DNA of 63,661 nt, counting the filler, from Atractiella rhizophila (lineage: Eukaryota), in NCBI GenBank assembly GCA_021432655.1. It is 10 parts of 8 records of this genome, joined end to end, with 100 filler letters (N's around TTAATTAATTAA, not from the genome) between each part and the next. Parts side by side here need not be neighbours in the genome. Positions count along the whole stretch, not along the records: positions 1 to 10,514 come from MU272072.1; positions 10,615 to 21,116 come from MU272073.1; 8 more parts are not named here. One strand, written 5' to 3'. The notes beneath the pieces were generated by a model. It made no database searches. It was not told the DNA's origin and saw only the letters and a program-made list of their open reading frames with translations. Made by a program: the position numbers and the translations under genes. Shown here piece after piece: positions 1 through 13,924 of the stretch. Each line of letters begins with the position of its first letter. Positions within the stretch are counted from its first letter, which is position 1.

Positions 1-1857
1 CCTGTTTGGATCGTGGAGGGCTCGAACAGGGGATGGGTAATGGGTGCATACATTCTGGGTATTGGCATATTGCTACCTTGGGCCGTCGTACGCTTCTCGC
101 TATTACCCATTCCAAGAGGCATGCTGAAAGGTGGAATAGGGAAGCTGGTGGTACGGCTCCTCGAAACGCACGAAGGACGGCGTGCTCGTCTCTTCCGTTG
201 GTACCTTCTTTCAAGGAATGACGGACAAGACGACTCTCCCTGAACTGATTGCCATCCTGTCCGAAGCTGACGAGTTCAAAACGCTATACGAAAAGTCTGG
301 CGCATCCGAGAAATCCCTGAAAGCAGTCGAGGAGGAGGTAAAGAAGCGTCTGGCCAGTGTGGGAGAGAGGTTGGAGGGAGACGCGTTCAAGGTGAAGACC
401 ACAAAGAGGGCGGCGGTAGAAATTTATGCTCGGATGTTGAGGGTGGAAACGGACGATTCGGAACTTCAAGAGGAGATCACACGCACCGTCGCACTTGCTC
501 ATCACCTCTCCACTGCCCTCCTTCACATCGCTTTAGCTTATATGTGGCTCCCACAATACAACCTCATCATCTCCCTCCAAACGTTCCTCATCCAAGCCCT
601 TCACCCTACTTACTCATCAGTCCTCATGCAACTCCCACACGTCACGAAGGATGTGCAGGAGAAATGGAAGACGGCAGGGATTTTGAAGCCCGGAATGGGG
701 ATGGAAGAATGGTTGGAGGAACTGGAGAAGAAGGAGCAGGTGAAGCAAGAGGACGGAGAAAGCGAGATGGTGCTTAATGATCAAGAGCTGAGGGAAGCGA
801 AAGAGGTCGCCGGAAGCTGGCAAGACCTCGAGCTCGTTAGTGCAAACTTCAAAGGTTCGACCCATTCTATCCCGATCCGCGAAAGTACAAGGAGCTAACT
901 GAGGTCCTGATATCAGTGACTGGCGAAAAGATCGTGACTCCGTCGTCATGGGTCCACCTCGTGCTCAAAGTCCGTCTTTCGAACCCATCCAAGCGTCTGG
1001 CCCTCAAACGGGAAGGTGTGAATCCGTCCCTCAAAGCGAAAGAGGCAGGTGAGCATGAGGAGGCTTTGAAAGGAGAGGAGGCGGAGTTGGAAGAGCTGTT
1101 GGGGAGGAAGAAGAAGTGGGGAGCGGATGGAGAGGCTGTCATGCCTGATGCTCATACCCCGTGGTTCCCTAAGGTGCGTGATATCTCACATCTTGTTTCT
1201 ATCTCATATTAGTGGTCTACCTTTCGGTTTGCATTTTATTAAAAATCGAGTTTTTCATACAGATACTGGATTCTAGATTCTGGACTGTGGACTGACATAA
1301 GGGGGTGGACAGAATCGAAAAGCGGGATGGCACGTGTTCATTGGCGACAGAAAGAACAACAAGATTTTCGTACCTCCGTCTCAGGTTTTGACGGAAGTAG
1401 GACCTGACAGGATCCGGACGTTCAAGATCCAGTTTCAGGCACCTCCACAACCGAGCGCTTACTTTTTCAGACTGTTCGTCAAGAGCGACACGTATGTGGA
1501 TGCAGACTTGTTTTACGATATGCAGGTGCGTTCCCCTTCGTATCTCCCTTCTCTCCCTTCATCGATCTTGATCGTTGAAATATTAATGTTGCTGTCGTTG
1601 AACAGCTCATCGTGCTCCCGCACGACGTTCTAGCAGCTGAAGACCAAGGGAAGGAAGACGAGATCTCTGATCCAGAGGAGGATTCGTTGGAGGGACAGAT
1701 GGCGCTCATGAAGGGGAAGAAGGTGAAGCCTGCTGGATCAGGAGCGAAGGAGAGCGAGGATGAGGATGACGAATCTGATGAGGAGGACGGAGAAGGTGAG
1801 AGTTCGAGTGAGGAGGAGGACGATGACGACTCCTCAAGTAGCGATGATAGCGATTAA
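1..1857 (+). CDS. SEC63: ER translocon subunit Sec63, 3' part (5' end outside window), spliced
   Basis: TM segment then GSWWYGSSKRTKDGVL after an intron. Sec63/Brl-like region (LIISLQTFLIQAL...LMQLPH; VTGEKIVTPSS; FKIQFQAPPQP..FVKSDTY). DEISDPEEDSLEGQMALMKG and acidic tail ending TAA 1857. Confidence 0.88.
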
Positions 1858-2215
1858 CTGGACTTTGATAGACGTCTGCCTTGTTAATATCATCCTCATT
1901 GCCATAATACCACTTCTTGCCCAACCCGTAACCGCCTTGAGTTACCTTCACAATTTACATCCAAGCATTTGTGCGGCCCGAGACAATCTCATCGGGCATC
2001 CTGCACAAGAGCCGCCACCATGCCAGATCCCAGATGCCATTTCATTGCCAATTACAACGAGTTACGAGTTTGGGGTGAATCGAGGTGATTCAGGCTGCAT
2101 TCGCTTCGACAATATGCGTGCCTCGCGCTGGTTGGAGTACTTATATGCCCAGAATCATTTCCTCCTCCTTTTCTCCTGACAATTTTAATCTTTTGCTGCT
2201 CAAACTGAAGCAGCG

Positions 2216-5090
2216 ATGGGAGACTCAAACTCCATGAAAGGAGCCGTTGAAATCGAGCTTGAGGCTCATTATCGTATCACTGGTCTGCCAATGGGAGACT
2301 CTATCCCAGCAGCAAATTCTACTAAGCTTGGATATGATGATCCTGTTGTAGACGGGAGCGACGTTGACGTGGTTGGAAATGAGATTAGTGATGGCGAGAG
2401 AGCCAGCGAAGCAGACACTCTGGCAGAAGCTCAGGCATCAGGAAACGTCTCCTCCCTCCCTCCTGTTGACGGCGGGTTCAATGCGTGGGCATTTGTGGCT
2501 GCAGCTTTCATGCTCGAGCTGCTTGTATGGGCATGGGGTTCTTCCTTTGGTTCGTCTTTCCATATCTTGCGCCACAATATGCCTGTATCTACGACTGTGT
2601 CTTGTCGCTTAATCACGCCTTAATCGACCGTGCTGACAGATATGATGGACAGGGACATTCCAAGCGTACTTCAAGCTGGCAACGGACGAACCATTCTCTC
2701 AAGCTTCCTCCGCCGCCATATCCACCGTAGGCACACTTGGCGTCAGCTTGCAGTATACGGGCATGCCCTTGGTTCTGTGGTGGTGCAAGCGACATCCATA
2801 TTGGACGAGGGGAATGATGAAAATCATGTTGGTCATTAGCGCCGCCAGTTTGCTCCTCAGCAGCTTCGCCACTTCCGTATGTAACTTCATCCATGTTTGA
2901 CGGCCGCGGAAAATAAGTGCCATGGAATAGTTGTGGCAGCTTATCCTCATCCAAGGAGTCCTGTGGGGCAGCTCTTCCTCCTGCCTGTCAGTTACCACCA
3001 TCGCATCAACTCGTCTTTTCACCTCAGCTGTTAGCAGGTCAGGCTGACAGTGGGGAACTGGGGACAGATATGCTCCAGTCCTGCTCTATCTCTCCGAGTG
3101 GTTCTCCTCACGTCGCGGTTTGGCGGCAGGAATCATCTTTGGGGCAACAGGATTTGGCGGTGCTGTCATCCCTCCATTCCTAGGTTATCTGTTGGAGAGG
3201 GTAGGGTATGGATGGACGATGCGTATTTGGACCGTCATCTTCTCCGTTTTTGGGGCGATCAGCCTCCGATGGACGAAACCGAGGATTCCACCTCCTACAA
3301 GAATCGCTCTGACCGCTGGCGCTAAGAGGGAGGGCAGTTGGAGCATGGATAAGTTCTTTGGCGTTTTGAAGAGGGAGAGCGAGGTATGGAGGAACCCGTT
3401 GTTCTTACTTGTCGTGCGTCTCTCTGTTCCCTATTCGGATGTAAATAATTTGTTTAATCAGGAAACGTCTCCTCCCTCCCTCCTGTTGACGGCGGGTTCA
3501 ATGCGTGGGCATTTGTGGCTGCAGCTTTCATGCTCGAGCTGCTTGTATGGGCATGGGGTTCTTCCTTTGGTTCGTCTTTCCATATCTTGATTCACGATAG
3601 GCCTTTACCTACGACTGTGTCTTGTCGCTTAATGTCACCTTAATCAACCGTGCTGACAGATATGATGGACAGGGACATTCCAAGCGTACTTCAAGCTGGC
3701 AACGGACGAACCATTCTCTCAGGCTTCCTCCGCCGCCATATCCACTGTAGGTACACTTGGCGTCAGCTTGCAGTATACGGGCATGCCCTTGGTTCTGTGG
3801 TGGTGCAAGCGACATCCATATTGGACGAGGGGAATGATGAAGATCATGCTGGTCATTAGCGCCGCCAGCTTACTTCTCAGCAGCTTCGCCACTTCCGTAT
3901 GTAGTTTCATCCATGTTTGACGGCCGCGGAAAATAATTCATTCGATGTGCCATGGAATAGTTGTGGCAGCTCATCCTCATCCAAGGAGTCCTGTGGGGCA
4001 GCTCTTCCTCCTGCCTGTCAGTTATCACCATCGTACAACCTCGTCTTTCTCACTTCAGCAGTTAGCAGCTCTGGCTGATAGTGTGGAATTGGGACAGATA
4101 TGCTCCAGTCCTGCTCTATCTCTCCGAGTGGTTCTCCTCACGTCGCGGTTTAGCGGCAGGAATCATCTTTGGGGCGACAGGATTCGGGGGTGCTGTCATC
4201 CCTCCATTCCTAGGTTATCTGTTGGAGAGGGTAGGGTATGGATGGACGATGCGTATTTGGACCGTCATCTTCTCCGTTTTTGGGGCGATCAGCCTCCGAT
4301 GGACGAAACCGAGGATTCCACCTCCTACAAGAATCGCTCTGACCGCTGGCGCTAAGAGGGAGGGCAGTTGGAGCATGGATAAGTTCTTTGGCGTTTTGAA
4401 GAGGGAGAGCGAGGTATGGAGGAACCCACTGTTCTTACTTGTCGTGCGTCTCTCTCTTCCCTATTCGGATGTAAATAATATGTTTATTGACGACGGAAGG
4501 CAATCACTGTTTCCCTCCATTCGATAGCTTACTTCCCCGTCTCCTTCTACCTCCCGATCTACACTTCAACCCTCGGCTTCTCCCTCTTCACCTCGACCCT
4601 TGTGCTGTCCTTCTTCAACATCTTCGCCGGGGGTTCCTACATCCTAATCGGCTACCTCTCTGACCGACTCGACTTCCGTTCTCTCCTCCTCCTCTCCTCC
4701 CTCCTCGCCTCCGTCCTCTCCTACACCATCTGGGGTTTCGCACACAACCTCGCTCTGACCCTCATCTTCGCCGCAGGCTTCGGACTCTCCATAGGAGGCA
4801 TGGCGGCTGTCTGGCCCGCTGCTGGAACCAGCATTGTCAGGTCGGCGCAGCAGAGGACGGGAGGGACACCTTCTTTCGATAGCAATTCAGTATTCTCCCT
4901 CCTCTCCACTATCAAGGGGATCGCCGCTTTGGTTGGACCACCGCTGGCTAGCGTGTTATATCACCCCACGACGAAAGAAAGCGCCTATGGAGCTATGGGG
5001 TTTGAAAAGGTCACTATTTTCGTGGGAAGCGTCATGTTTGGGGCTGGGATGTGCACCATAGGAACTTGGTGGATCAAGAGAGGCGTCTGA
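2216..5090 (+). CDS. MFS transporter, monocarboxylate transporter (MCH/MCT)-like, multi-exon, containing an internal tandem duplication
   Basis: PPVDGGFNAWAFV start motif, LSEWFSSRRGLAAGIIFGATGFGG, GYLSDRLD loop motif, multiple hydrophobic helices. Confidence 0.85.
2437..4486 (+). repeat. Direct tandem duplication, units ~2437-3456 and ~3457-4486
   Basis: Both units start ATCAGGAAACGTCTCCTCCCTCCC and end GTAAATAAT(T/A)TGTTTA. Exons are nearly identical and introns more diverged. Confidence 0.95.
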
Positions 5091-5218
5091 ACCATAAAGG
5101 GGATGTGGAACGCTGGGGATGAATCAAAATCGAGGGAACTCCTCTTCTGAATTACAATGTAGATTAGCATGAACCGAACGACAAGCAAATTTCCTAGTAG
5201 CGAACAGCGACGGAGCGG

Positions 5219-7509
5219 TCAACGCTCTTCCCCTTCTCTTGTAGACTCCAAACTAGACGACGCCACCACCACTTTGGACTTCCCCTTCCTCGCGCTCTTC
5301 TTCACCCTAACCACCTTCGGCAACACCTCCTCAGCCTCACCTCCTTCTCCCTCAAAAGCCGACGCAAGTCCTACCGCACTCATATTCCCATTCCCATTCT
5401 TTTTCGTGTCCCCACCGTCTCCATCCCCCACCGTCTTCTTCACCACCGGACTCGCCTGTTGCTGCTCCCAAACCCGCAACCAATTATCGCCCACCTCCAT
5501 CCTCAACGCCTCCACCTTCTTCCTAAACGCGTCCTTCTCCTCTCCCCCTTCCCTTCCGCCTCCCACTCCATTCGCATCCCCATTCGCATCTGCCTTCGCA
5601 TCCGTCCCCGAAGCCCCAACATCAAACAACGGAATCGGTGCTCTCCTACCCGTCGGACGCGCATCCACAGTACTAGATCTAAACCTCTGATGCGCAGAAC
5701 CAGGTGACGCCTTTGAGCTCGCAAACTGCTGAACGGGTCTTCCCATCTCGCTCTCTCCCCTTTGATGCCTCGTCCGTCCCTTTCCTTGCCACTGCGTCTC
5801 TCCGGCCAGGCGACGCATGGACGGGGAATTGGAAGTCGAATTTGAGGGAGGATGCGGCTCGTCGTCCGTCAGAGCGTTCCCTTCCCGATCACTCGCGTCT
5901 TCGTCTAACCTGATCACACGCTTTGGAGGCTTGCGGTTCTGTGGATGTCGCCCTTTCTTCTTGGCCAGCGCCCGGGACGCTTCTGTACCTGCTGGGGATG
6001 ACGGGACTGTTCCAGGAGCCGACGTAGGGGTTGAAGTGGATGGGAGGATGATGGGAGAAGAAGGGAGAGAAGATTTCGGTGTTATTGTCGGAGATTGGTG
6101 TACGAGGAGCAACCTTTCGTCATGATTCTCTCCATCTCGATGTCCGTATCCGTGAGAATGTGCGAGTTCAGAGTCTAACCAACGACGTTCGGACCAAGAA
6201 ATGGTTTGTCCGTCCAGCACTAAGTCTCGACTTCTACCTTTTTCCTCTTTTTCGAAATAAGTGAAAACCATCACTCTCCATCCTCCATGTTTCGCCAACT
6301 CCTCCGGCCTCATATTCGTCGCCTTTCCCTCCACACATGGGTTCCCTCCCACCCAGAAGGCTTTGAGAAGCGGGAGCATGGCTGGCCTCGAGAGCTCCAG
6401 TATGTCTTCTACTAGGTTATGACGGATGTCTAACTTTTCGAGAGAGATGAGGTTATCGATGCCTGTCAGGGTTGTGATTCGGTTGTGGGAGAGACAGAGC
6501 GAGGTTAGGTTTTGTGGGAGGGCGGTACGGATTTGGTGGAGGGTGCTGATGAGATTGTTGGAGAGGGAGAGGTATGAGAGGTGTGGGAGGGTGGAGAGGG
6601 CGGAGGGGACAGAGATGAGGAGGTTGGAGGTTAAGGATAGGGAGCGGAGGTTCATGAGGGAGGAGGAGGAGGGAGGGAAAGTGAATTCTGTGAGAGAGTT
6701 GGAGGAGATGGATAGGTGTATGAGCGACCTGTCCTCATACTCGTCAGCATGCTTTCACCTAGGGTAAAAAAGAGAGGGAAGACCAACATCCATTCTACCT
6801 TCTCGCCCATCCACTTCTCCTCTCCAGCGCTCCATCCATTCTCAACCCCATCACCCGCATCCTCCAGCTCCAAAACCTTCAACCCCCACCTGACCTTCTC
6901 CCACCTAAACGCCGCCGGATCCAACCCAACCAGTTTGATCTTTTGCAAACTAGGGAACGGGAGCGGGAGAATAGCCATCGAGGGCGGGTCAAAGTCCTCA
7001 ATCTCTGGGGACGGCGTATCTCTCGGGTTGAAGGTGAGATGGAGGGCTGGGAGACGGGAGAAGAAAGACCAGATCTTCTTCAACATTTCTTCTTCGCTCA
7101 CATTCGAGCTCCACGGCCAATAACTGCCCATACTCGCTCCTATCCGACTCGGGCTTCCGAGGGAGAATATGGAGACTGAACGCAGGGATAGGATGTCTCG
7201 TGGTACTGGAGGCGCTGTGGGGGGCAGGAGGGATTTGAGAGGTTTTCGACGGTTGGAAGGAAGGGAGAAGGGGTCGGAGAGGGAGAGGAGGGATTCGGGG
7301 ATGGAGAGTAGATCGAGGTCTTCCCATCGCAGGATGAGGTAGGAAAGATGCACTGGGGAAATTTCGAGCGTCTTGGTCCCCTGGGAGAGCGAGGGTGTCG
7401 AGAAGAGATAGTTGTAGAGAGAGCTGATGTATGCTGGCCCCGTCTGAACACTGGGTGCTTGTGTGGATGGACGACTAGATGAGTGGCCCGGGAGGGAGAG
7501 GAAGGACAT
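5219..7509 (-). CDS. Leucine-rich-repeat protein with long low-complexity C-terminus, one intron near 6730-6790
   Basis: LxxLxLxxNxI repeats (LRSLSLTSNLL, LSYLSLSNNLI, LTSLCLSHNRI, LEKLDIRHNLV) and an LRR cap (WVGGNPC). ORFs 6652-7509 and 5219-6655 join through a GT-AG intron. Confidence 0.8.
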
Positions 7510-8787
7510 GGTGGTTGTTTATCCTTATTCTGTCTTTATAGAAGCAATCAGATCTAATTGCACATGTCTTTAGTGACCATCCTGCATCAGCATCACAGAA
7601 CACTAGGACCTCAAACAATGTGGTGCCAGCTGCAGCTGAATTGCAAACATTCCCCATGGTGTTACCCTTGCCTGGAATAGGGACTCACCAATGGCTACTT
7701 GTGCAAATACTGTGAGCACTCCAGATATTCCCTATGCCTACGCCTGCGTAACTGCTGCAATATCGTCCTATATCACTCCAAGACTTGGTCAAGTGAGTGC
7801 TCTGGTTGACCGCCGTGCGGAAGTGTAGTGTGGAGAGACTAGCATCTACTCCTCCAACGACGAGGTGCTGGACTTCTGCCCGTCGTTCTGCTGGTGAGTC
7901 CCTCATAGCCAACATACTTTTGTCCCTCATCATCCTATTATCTGCTCTTTCCATTCTTCTCATCATGTCTCCAAAAGAACACTACCCAATCTTCCAACCT
8001 TCGAAGCTCCGAACGCGAACCTCAACTTATTCCTATCCCAGCACCCTCCAACATTATCAAAAACCTTCAACTCAACTCAACGACGGCACAGAGTGTAGCG
8101 CATCGGAGGCGTGTGTGTTGAAGATTGGTAGAGATCATGTCATACGAAAGGGACAGGCCGCCGCATTACGAGAGGGAGAGGCATAGGTTCGATGACAGGG
8201 AGAGAAAGAGGGGTGGGAGCAGGAGCAGGAGTCCGCCTGATTATGGTACGTCTTTTTCTCGTTTTGTTCGTCTGTAGGTGCTGCTGGAGCTTTGTGCAAG
8301 ATGGACGAGAGCATCGTTCCTTCGTTCGTGTAACATCAGTCATCCACTCTGATACCTATGTTCAGAGGAGAATATTACATATCCTACCCTCTTCTCTCAC
8401 TTGATACCTTCACATCATACACCCGTTACCTCAGATGTTTGAGACGGACTTCGGCCGATGCATGCATATTGTGGCGTTTTTCTTCGCGCGATGCGTTTCC
8501 GATTCCAATTTACTGTTGCTGTGTGCAATAATTGGAGAAGGCTTCCTTCCGAACATGACTTCTGTTTTCATTCTAAACGCTCAACGAAAGCAGCGGAGTT
8601 GGTTTGCAGTGTCGCAATCGTTTCTCACGTCCCTTACATATTACATGCAGTGAACTCAACTGCGGTCTTAATGATTTGCTTTGGAAGAGAGTCGTATTTC
8701 TGGATGACGCTCGACACTCGTTGACACACAGCGCGTTGATGAAGGTTGGACATGTGCAGCCAAGATTGATTTCTGACCTACTGTTTG

Positions 8788-10514
8788 ATGGCGATTCTGG
8801 AAACAGAAAGAAGAAAACGGCGACGGTCCTCTTCGCCTCCTCGCGACCGGGACGGACGACGAGACTATTATCGAGAGCGGGACTACTATGACGGAGGCTA
8901 CGGCGGTGAGTTTGACTCTTTCTCCCATCCGTTCTTCCCTTCCGCCTTTCGCACGATTGAAAAGAGGGTGATGGTGCAGGTGGAGGAAGAGGAGGACCGT
9001 ACGATGGATATCGTGATGGTTGGGACGGACGTGGTGGAGGAGGGTTTAGGGATTATGGAGGTGGAGGGTATGATAGAGGTGGATATGGGGGTGGTGGTTA
9101 TGGACGGTACGTTGCTTTTGCAATGTTCACAGAGTGGACATTCATGTGTTTTTTTTTTTTTGTTGGAAATGACAGACCGATGATGGACCCACCCTCTTCC
9201 TTCCCGTACCAAGTCACCTACCGTTATTTCAGCGAATACACCCGTCTACACAGTCCACATGTGTTCAACGACAAAGTAGCATTACAGGACGAATGGAACA
9301 AGTATAAGCTGGAGAGGTTGCGATCGGCGTATTGGAAGTTCTTTGAAGAGTGGAAATCCAAACCTTGGTTCCAGGAGAGGTATTCGTTGGAAGACGAGTG
9401 GAAGGTGCCGAGGGAGGAGACGAGGAAGAAAGGGAGAGGGACGGAGAGGTTTTTGGAGGGGTTGGAGAGGGGAGAGTGGGATGGATTGTCGCTTGATTAT
9501 GGTCCGTCATTTAAAGTGCATTGGATGACGAATACTGATGTTGTGTGGAATGCGGACAGAGCCGAAGAAGGAGGAAGATGTGCAGATGGATGATGCAAAA
9601 AAGGATGCACAGGACTCCCAAGCTGGCGCGCAAGGAACCGAAAAAACGTCGGAAGATCAAAATCAAGAGACGGATGCGAAGATGACTGCCGTCGAAGGTG
9701 ACCCTCCTATTGAAGGACAAACGGAGATGGAAGCGGACGGGGAGGGCGAAGAAGAGAAGAAGGAAGAAGAAGACGAAAACAATGAAGCTCCTCATATCCC
9801 CTCTGCGGGGCCGAATGACGAACTGGTATTGGTCCCTGGATCTGCGAATACGCTTTTTATCAAAAGTATCTCGCCTGATTTGTCGAGAAAGGACTTGGAA
9901 GATGTATGTCATTCCCTAGCTCTTCCCAGTCATGACCATCCCCTTCCTTCTATTTTGATTATGTGGAAGGAGGCATTGATGATCCTGTTGTGGTTTGGAT
10001 GGACAGCTCTGCAAAGACCTTGAGGGATTCGAATATCTTGCCCTGTCGGAGCCACATCCTGGAAAGAGGTTTCACCGAGTCGGTTGGGTGAGATTTAAGG
10101 AAGGCACAGACATGACTGTACCCCTGCAGAAGCTGTGCGAAGCCAAAGTAAGCTCTTTCACCTCGATCTCCTATCTCTTCCATCCCCTCCAACTCATCGA
10201 CGCACGGATCGAATCTTACTTTGGTTTGGGCGATGGTCAGGTGAATGATTTTACCCTACATATGGTCCTCGGGGACAAACCTACCTATCAAAAGCTCCGT
10301 TTCACGCCTGGAAGTCTGAACGATCTGGCTAGGTTGGAGAAAGACTTGGAGGCGGTCAAGAAGTGGGTTGGACTGTTTGAAAGTGAGGAAGGAGAGGACA
10401 GGAGGGGGAGTGAACGGATTGAAGGGTTTGTGAGGGAATGGAGGGAGAAGATGGATAAGGAGGCGGCGGAAAGGGGAGAGGAGGTGGATGAGGAAACGGC
10501 TAAGGTTGAGACTG
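8788..10514 (+). CDS. ARS2: ARS2/SERRATE-like RNA-processing protein, 3' end truncated by contig end, start approximate
   Basis: Arg/Asp/Gly-rich N-terminus (RRRSSSPPRDRD), YKLERLRSAYWKFFEEWKSKPWFQERY, RRM-like TLFIKSISPDLSRKDLE..LALSEPHPGKRFHRVGWV. Confidence 0.75.
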
Positions 10515-10614
10515 NNNNNNNNNNNNNNNNNNNNNNNNNNNNNNNNNNNNNNNNNNNNTTAATTAATTAANNNNNNNNNNNNNNNNNNNNNNNNNNNNNN
10601 NNNNNNNNNNNNNN
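10515..10614. other. Artificial contig linker N44-TTAATTAATTAA-N44; also at 21117-21216, 31688-31787, 33942-34041, 36419-36518, 39150-39249, 49652-49751, 60124-60223, 62458-62557
   Basis: Nine identical 100-bp spacers with stop codons in all six frames. Genes are cut mid-exon at them. Confidence 0.98.
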
Positions 10615-10722
10615 TTTGCAGGTATTTTGGCGTGTTTCTTTGGAGTGTTCAAGTTGCATGAGGAGACAGATGGCGAGTGGGGGATTGAGGAGAAAAAGCC
10701 AGTAGAAGAGGAGAAGAAATAG
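10615..10722 (+). CDS. 3' end of an unidentified gene (...FAGILACFFGVFKLHEETDGEWGIEEKKPVEEEKK*)
   Basis: Open frame from the contig start to TAG, with a hydrophobic stretch then a charged tail. Confidence 0.4.
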   Translation, partial: FAGILACFFGVFKLHEETDGEWGIEEKKPVEEEKK

Positions 10723-11494
10723 ATGTTTCGCAATAGATACTTTAGCAAGCCGTAATTGTAATAACTCGATGTGCAACTGTTCTATTATGCATCATAGGTC
10801 CCAACCTCGAAGATGAGCTATTCAACTTTCGATATGTACTTGCTGTTTAAGCATATGCGGTCCTCCTGGCCAGCTACATTGAGTACAGTAAACGCCGCCG
10901 TCCTTGAAAGAGACAGAATCGGAAGATGACCTGTAAGGCCATGTAAGGGGTGATCGTCTCAGAATCAACGCTTGTCCCAGCTGCTGTACTAGGATTGACT
11001 TACCTCGCCTCTCACAGCCGATGCAATTTATCACTGCACTCTGAAGGGATCAGTGAACAGTGGGGTAGAACTCTGTGGAGATAGGTGTAACCCTTCGCTT
11101 ATCCGACGTAATCTGTTGAGTCAGTGGAGTCTTACATCGAACTCGCACTGTTTCATGAGTTCATCGCATCGCCCAAGTGGTCCACATACACAACGTACAC
11201 AAACTGGAGATGCGATGTCGCCTCCGCGTCATTTGGTCACTCCAATGCGTACGCCTTGGATCAGTTATGATGTGTTAACACATTGTGTATCGAATGAGAC
11301 TCGGATAGTGAACACAAGACGACTAGAGACTCCTTCAGTGCTCTAAGGGACGCGGGTGGTAAGGTGAGTATTAGTTTGAAGATTCTGACATCTGAATGCT
11401 GGGAAAAGGAGGAACCGTTGAGAATCGCGATGTCTAGTGCAAGGGGACATGGTTCCATAACGGATGAAATGGATGTCCACGACCTATGTACTCC

Positions 11495-13027
11495 TCACAA
11501 CTTTGTCTTTTTTCCGACTCTTTTCCCTTCAGACAATGCAGCAGCAAAGTTATGGGCCATGCCGTAAGGATCCATTTGTATGCTCAAATGGCCGACGCCA
11601 TCTGCACACCGCCACACAGTCGCTCCTTCCAGTCGTTCAAGGAAGGCAGCAACATCCGCTTCGCTATGCACCACTGACGGAGATGGAAGGGGGAAGTGCA
11701 AATGGATCTTCTGCCCTGGCGCCGTGGAGAGCATGTCGAAGATTTGCCAGACGCGGGAGTGGACGTCGGCTACGCCGATCTATCCAGCATACATTTAGGC
11801 TTACAATATCGTGAGCATTCGAGAGAAAGGGGAGGGACCAACTGCTTGTGCCTCCCGGTGCGTCTTGACCCTCACCCCACCGCCGTCATGCACCAAATTG
11901 GTCTCCCAAAAAAGTTTCATGACCTCCCCATCCCAGCCTTTCCAGATTCCCCTCCCCTCCACCTCCTTTCTTGCATCCTCTAGACTCTTCCATCGATCCT
12001 TCTGCTTCAGCGTCCCGTATATGAGCAAATCGTTGTATCGCTCGCTTCCCGCAGAGTTGGGTCGAGAACGTGGAGAGATGGAGGGGTCAAAGAGGGAGAG
12101 GTGGGTATAAAGGTGTGGGATGCAGGAGATGGCAATGGAATGCGCGGCACCTGAATTGAAAAGTGGAGCTCAGTTTTGACATTTCTGTGCTCGGAAGAGA
12201 AAGAGACCCCCGATGCTTTGGCCAGCGCCGACGATACACCGCCCTGGCTGCCGTATAGAAGGGGAAAGATCAATGACATCCAATCGGGTCGAATCAAGGA
12301 CGTAAGGACGAGAAGAAGGGGCTGACGGCTGATGCGGAAGGTAGCGAAGGATGAAGTGCAGCACATCCCGTCCATAATCCAAGGAATCATCTGACACAGT
12401 CACATACAGGATTAGTCAAAATCACTCGCAGTTCACCGACTTACGGACATCGCCTATCTTTCCTTCGTTCAATATGGCTGAATCGCCTTGTTGAACAACA
12501 TCCAAGGCCCAGATTTCAGAAATCCTTAAGTTCGGACGTCCTTGAACTAGGTGGTAAATGAAAGGCTCCCATGTCTTCCTCCATAGATTCAATATCTGCA
12601 TTTTGAAGAGAGAAGAGTAGCATACCTCCTTATGAAGCCCATTGGCGTGACAGAGAATAATGGTGATACCCTGATTTGCTTCCGCTTCCATAACATGTAA
12701 TGGAGCATATCGATTAACTGCAATCCACAATCCCTCTTCTTTGGCAGATTCAACAGCGAAGCTCGCAACTGTCCGTTCCGTCGTACTTCTCAGGTGCCTC
12801 TTCAACGAGTCCATCTGTTCCCTTGCCCCACCTGCATCTTTCCAGGTAAAGAGTTTCTTCCGTCGTTCTGATGGATTCGTGACTGCGCCGAGCCGCGTTC
12901 GTGGATAGGCAGCTGGAAAGATATGCGTGGATGTGCACCAGCCGACGGAGGCGATGGTAGACGAGGTGCGAAGTGGCAGAGGAGGAGGGAGTGGCGAAGA
13001 TGGAGGAGGATAGAGAGGGAGGAGCAT
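11495..13027 (-). CDS. Alpha/beta hydrolase, Lpx1-like putative peroxisomal lipase/esterase, spliced
   Basis: ILCHANGLHKE..WEP, EIWALDVVQQGDSAILN, DYGRDVLHF, GAGQSIGG nucleophile elbow, GVGHLSIQMDP His motif, C-terminus ...KKTKL*. Confidence 0.75.
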
Positions 13028-13924
13028 GGTTCAAGTATGCAGCAGTTTCTAGCCTTTGTCTTCTTAACAATTAGCTAGCTGAAGTGCAGTAGGGAAACCA
13101 ACGAGGCAGTTGAAAGCTTTAAATATGAGCGACGCGTGGTAGAACGCCGCACTACTCCGCAACATAACCGAGAGGCGAGAAGTGCAGAGCAGAGAGCGGT
13201 CGGGATCGGAGGCACCCCTCTGCCCTTGTCCCTCGGAGGAGACACAATTGATCTTTATATTACCTCAAAATTGTTTGCAGAATTCAAGCGGTAAGAGGGG
13301 AATCTATAAATTTTCCGAAAGAAGCTTGATTGTCAACTGTTGCACTGTGCATAGTCACACTTTAGAATTCTTGGAAAGGCTAACAAACCATTGATAGCCT
13401 ATCACCTTCATGTTTCCAAAATGTGTACCTCAAGTCAAGGTGTTACATGACTTAGATGGGTTTCAAGCTCCTTGATTGAGAGCACTGGCAGATTTTGTGC
13501 CACAATCTTTCCAATGGGGAGAAGTTGGCGTTCGCTCGAACAACTAACATTCAATACTCACCTTTACGTCTATACTACAGGGGTACATGTCTACCTGTCC
13601 AACTGCCCGCCTACTCTTCACCTAATTCCGTATGAAATGAAAGATGGTTTCTTTCGAACACGTGATCAGATTTTTCTGCAAGACCATGCGGAATCGTTCG
13701 AGCTACACAGACTGGGGAAGTTACCTACTAGCTACTAGATTGTACTGTCCTTCATGCTGCGACATAATATTACGAACAACTAACATATACCTAGTTGAGT
13801 ACATTTCCCGCCTCCGGCGTTTTCGCTTTCCAATCCGGCAGTCTCATCGCCGCTTTCGAATAAATAGCTGCAAAGGGACGGGTCCTTGAAAGTGGAAGAC
13901 GATATTGAGACTGCAGTAGCTCCA

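Noticed and set aside
7685..8400. Short ORFs between the LRR gene and ARS2
   Set aside because: No motif or coherent exon structure; likely divergent promoter/UTR sequence.
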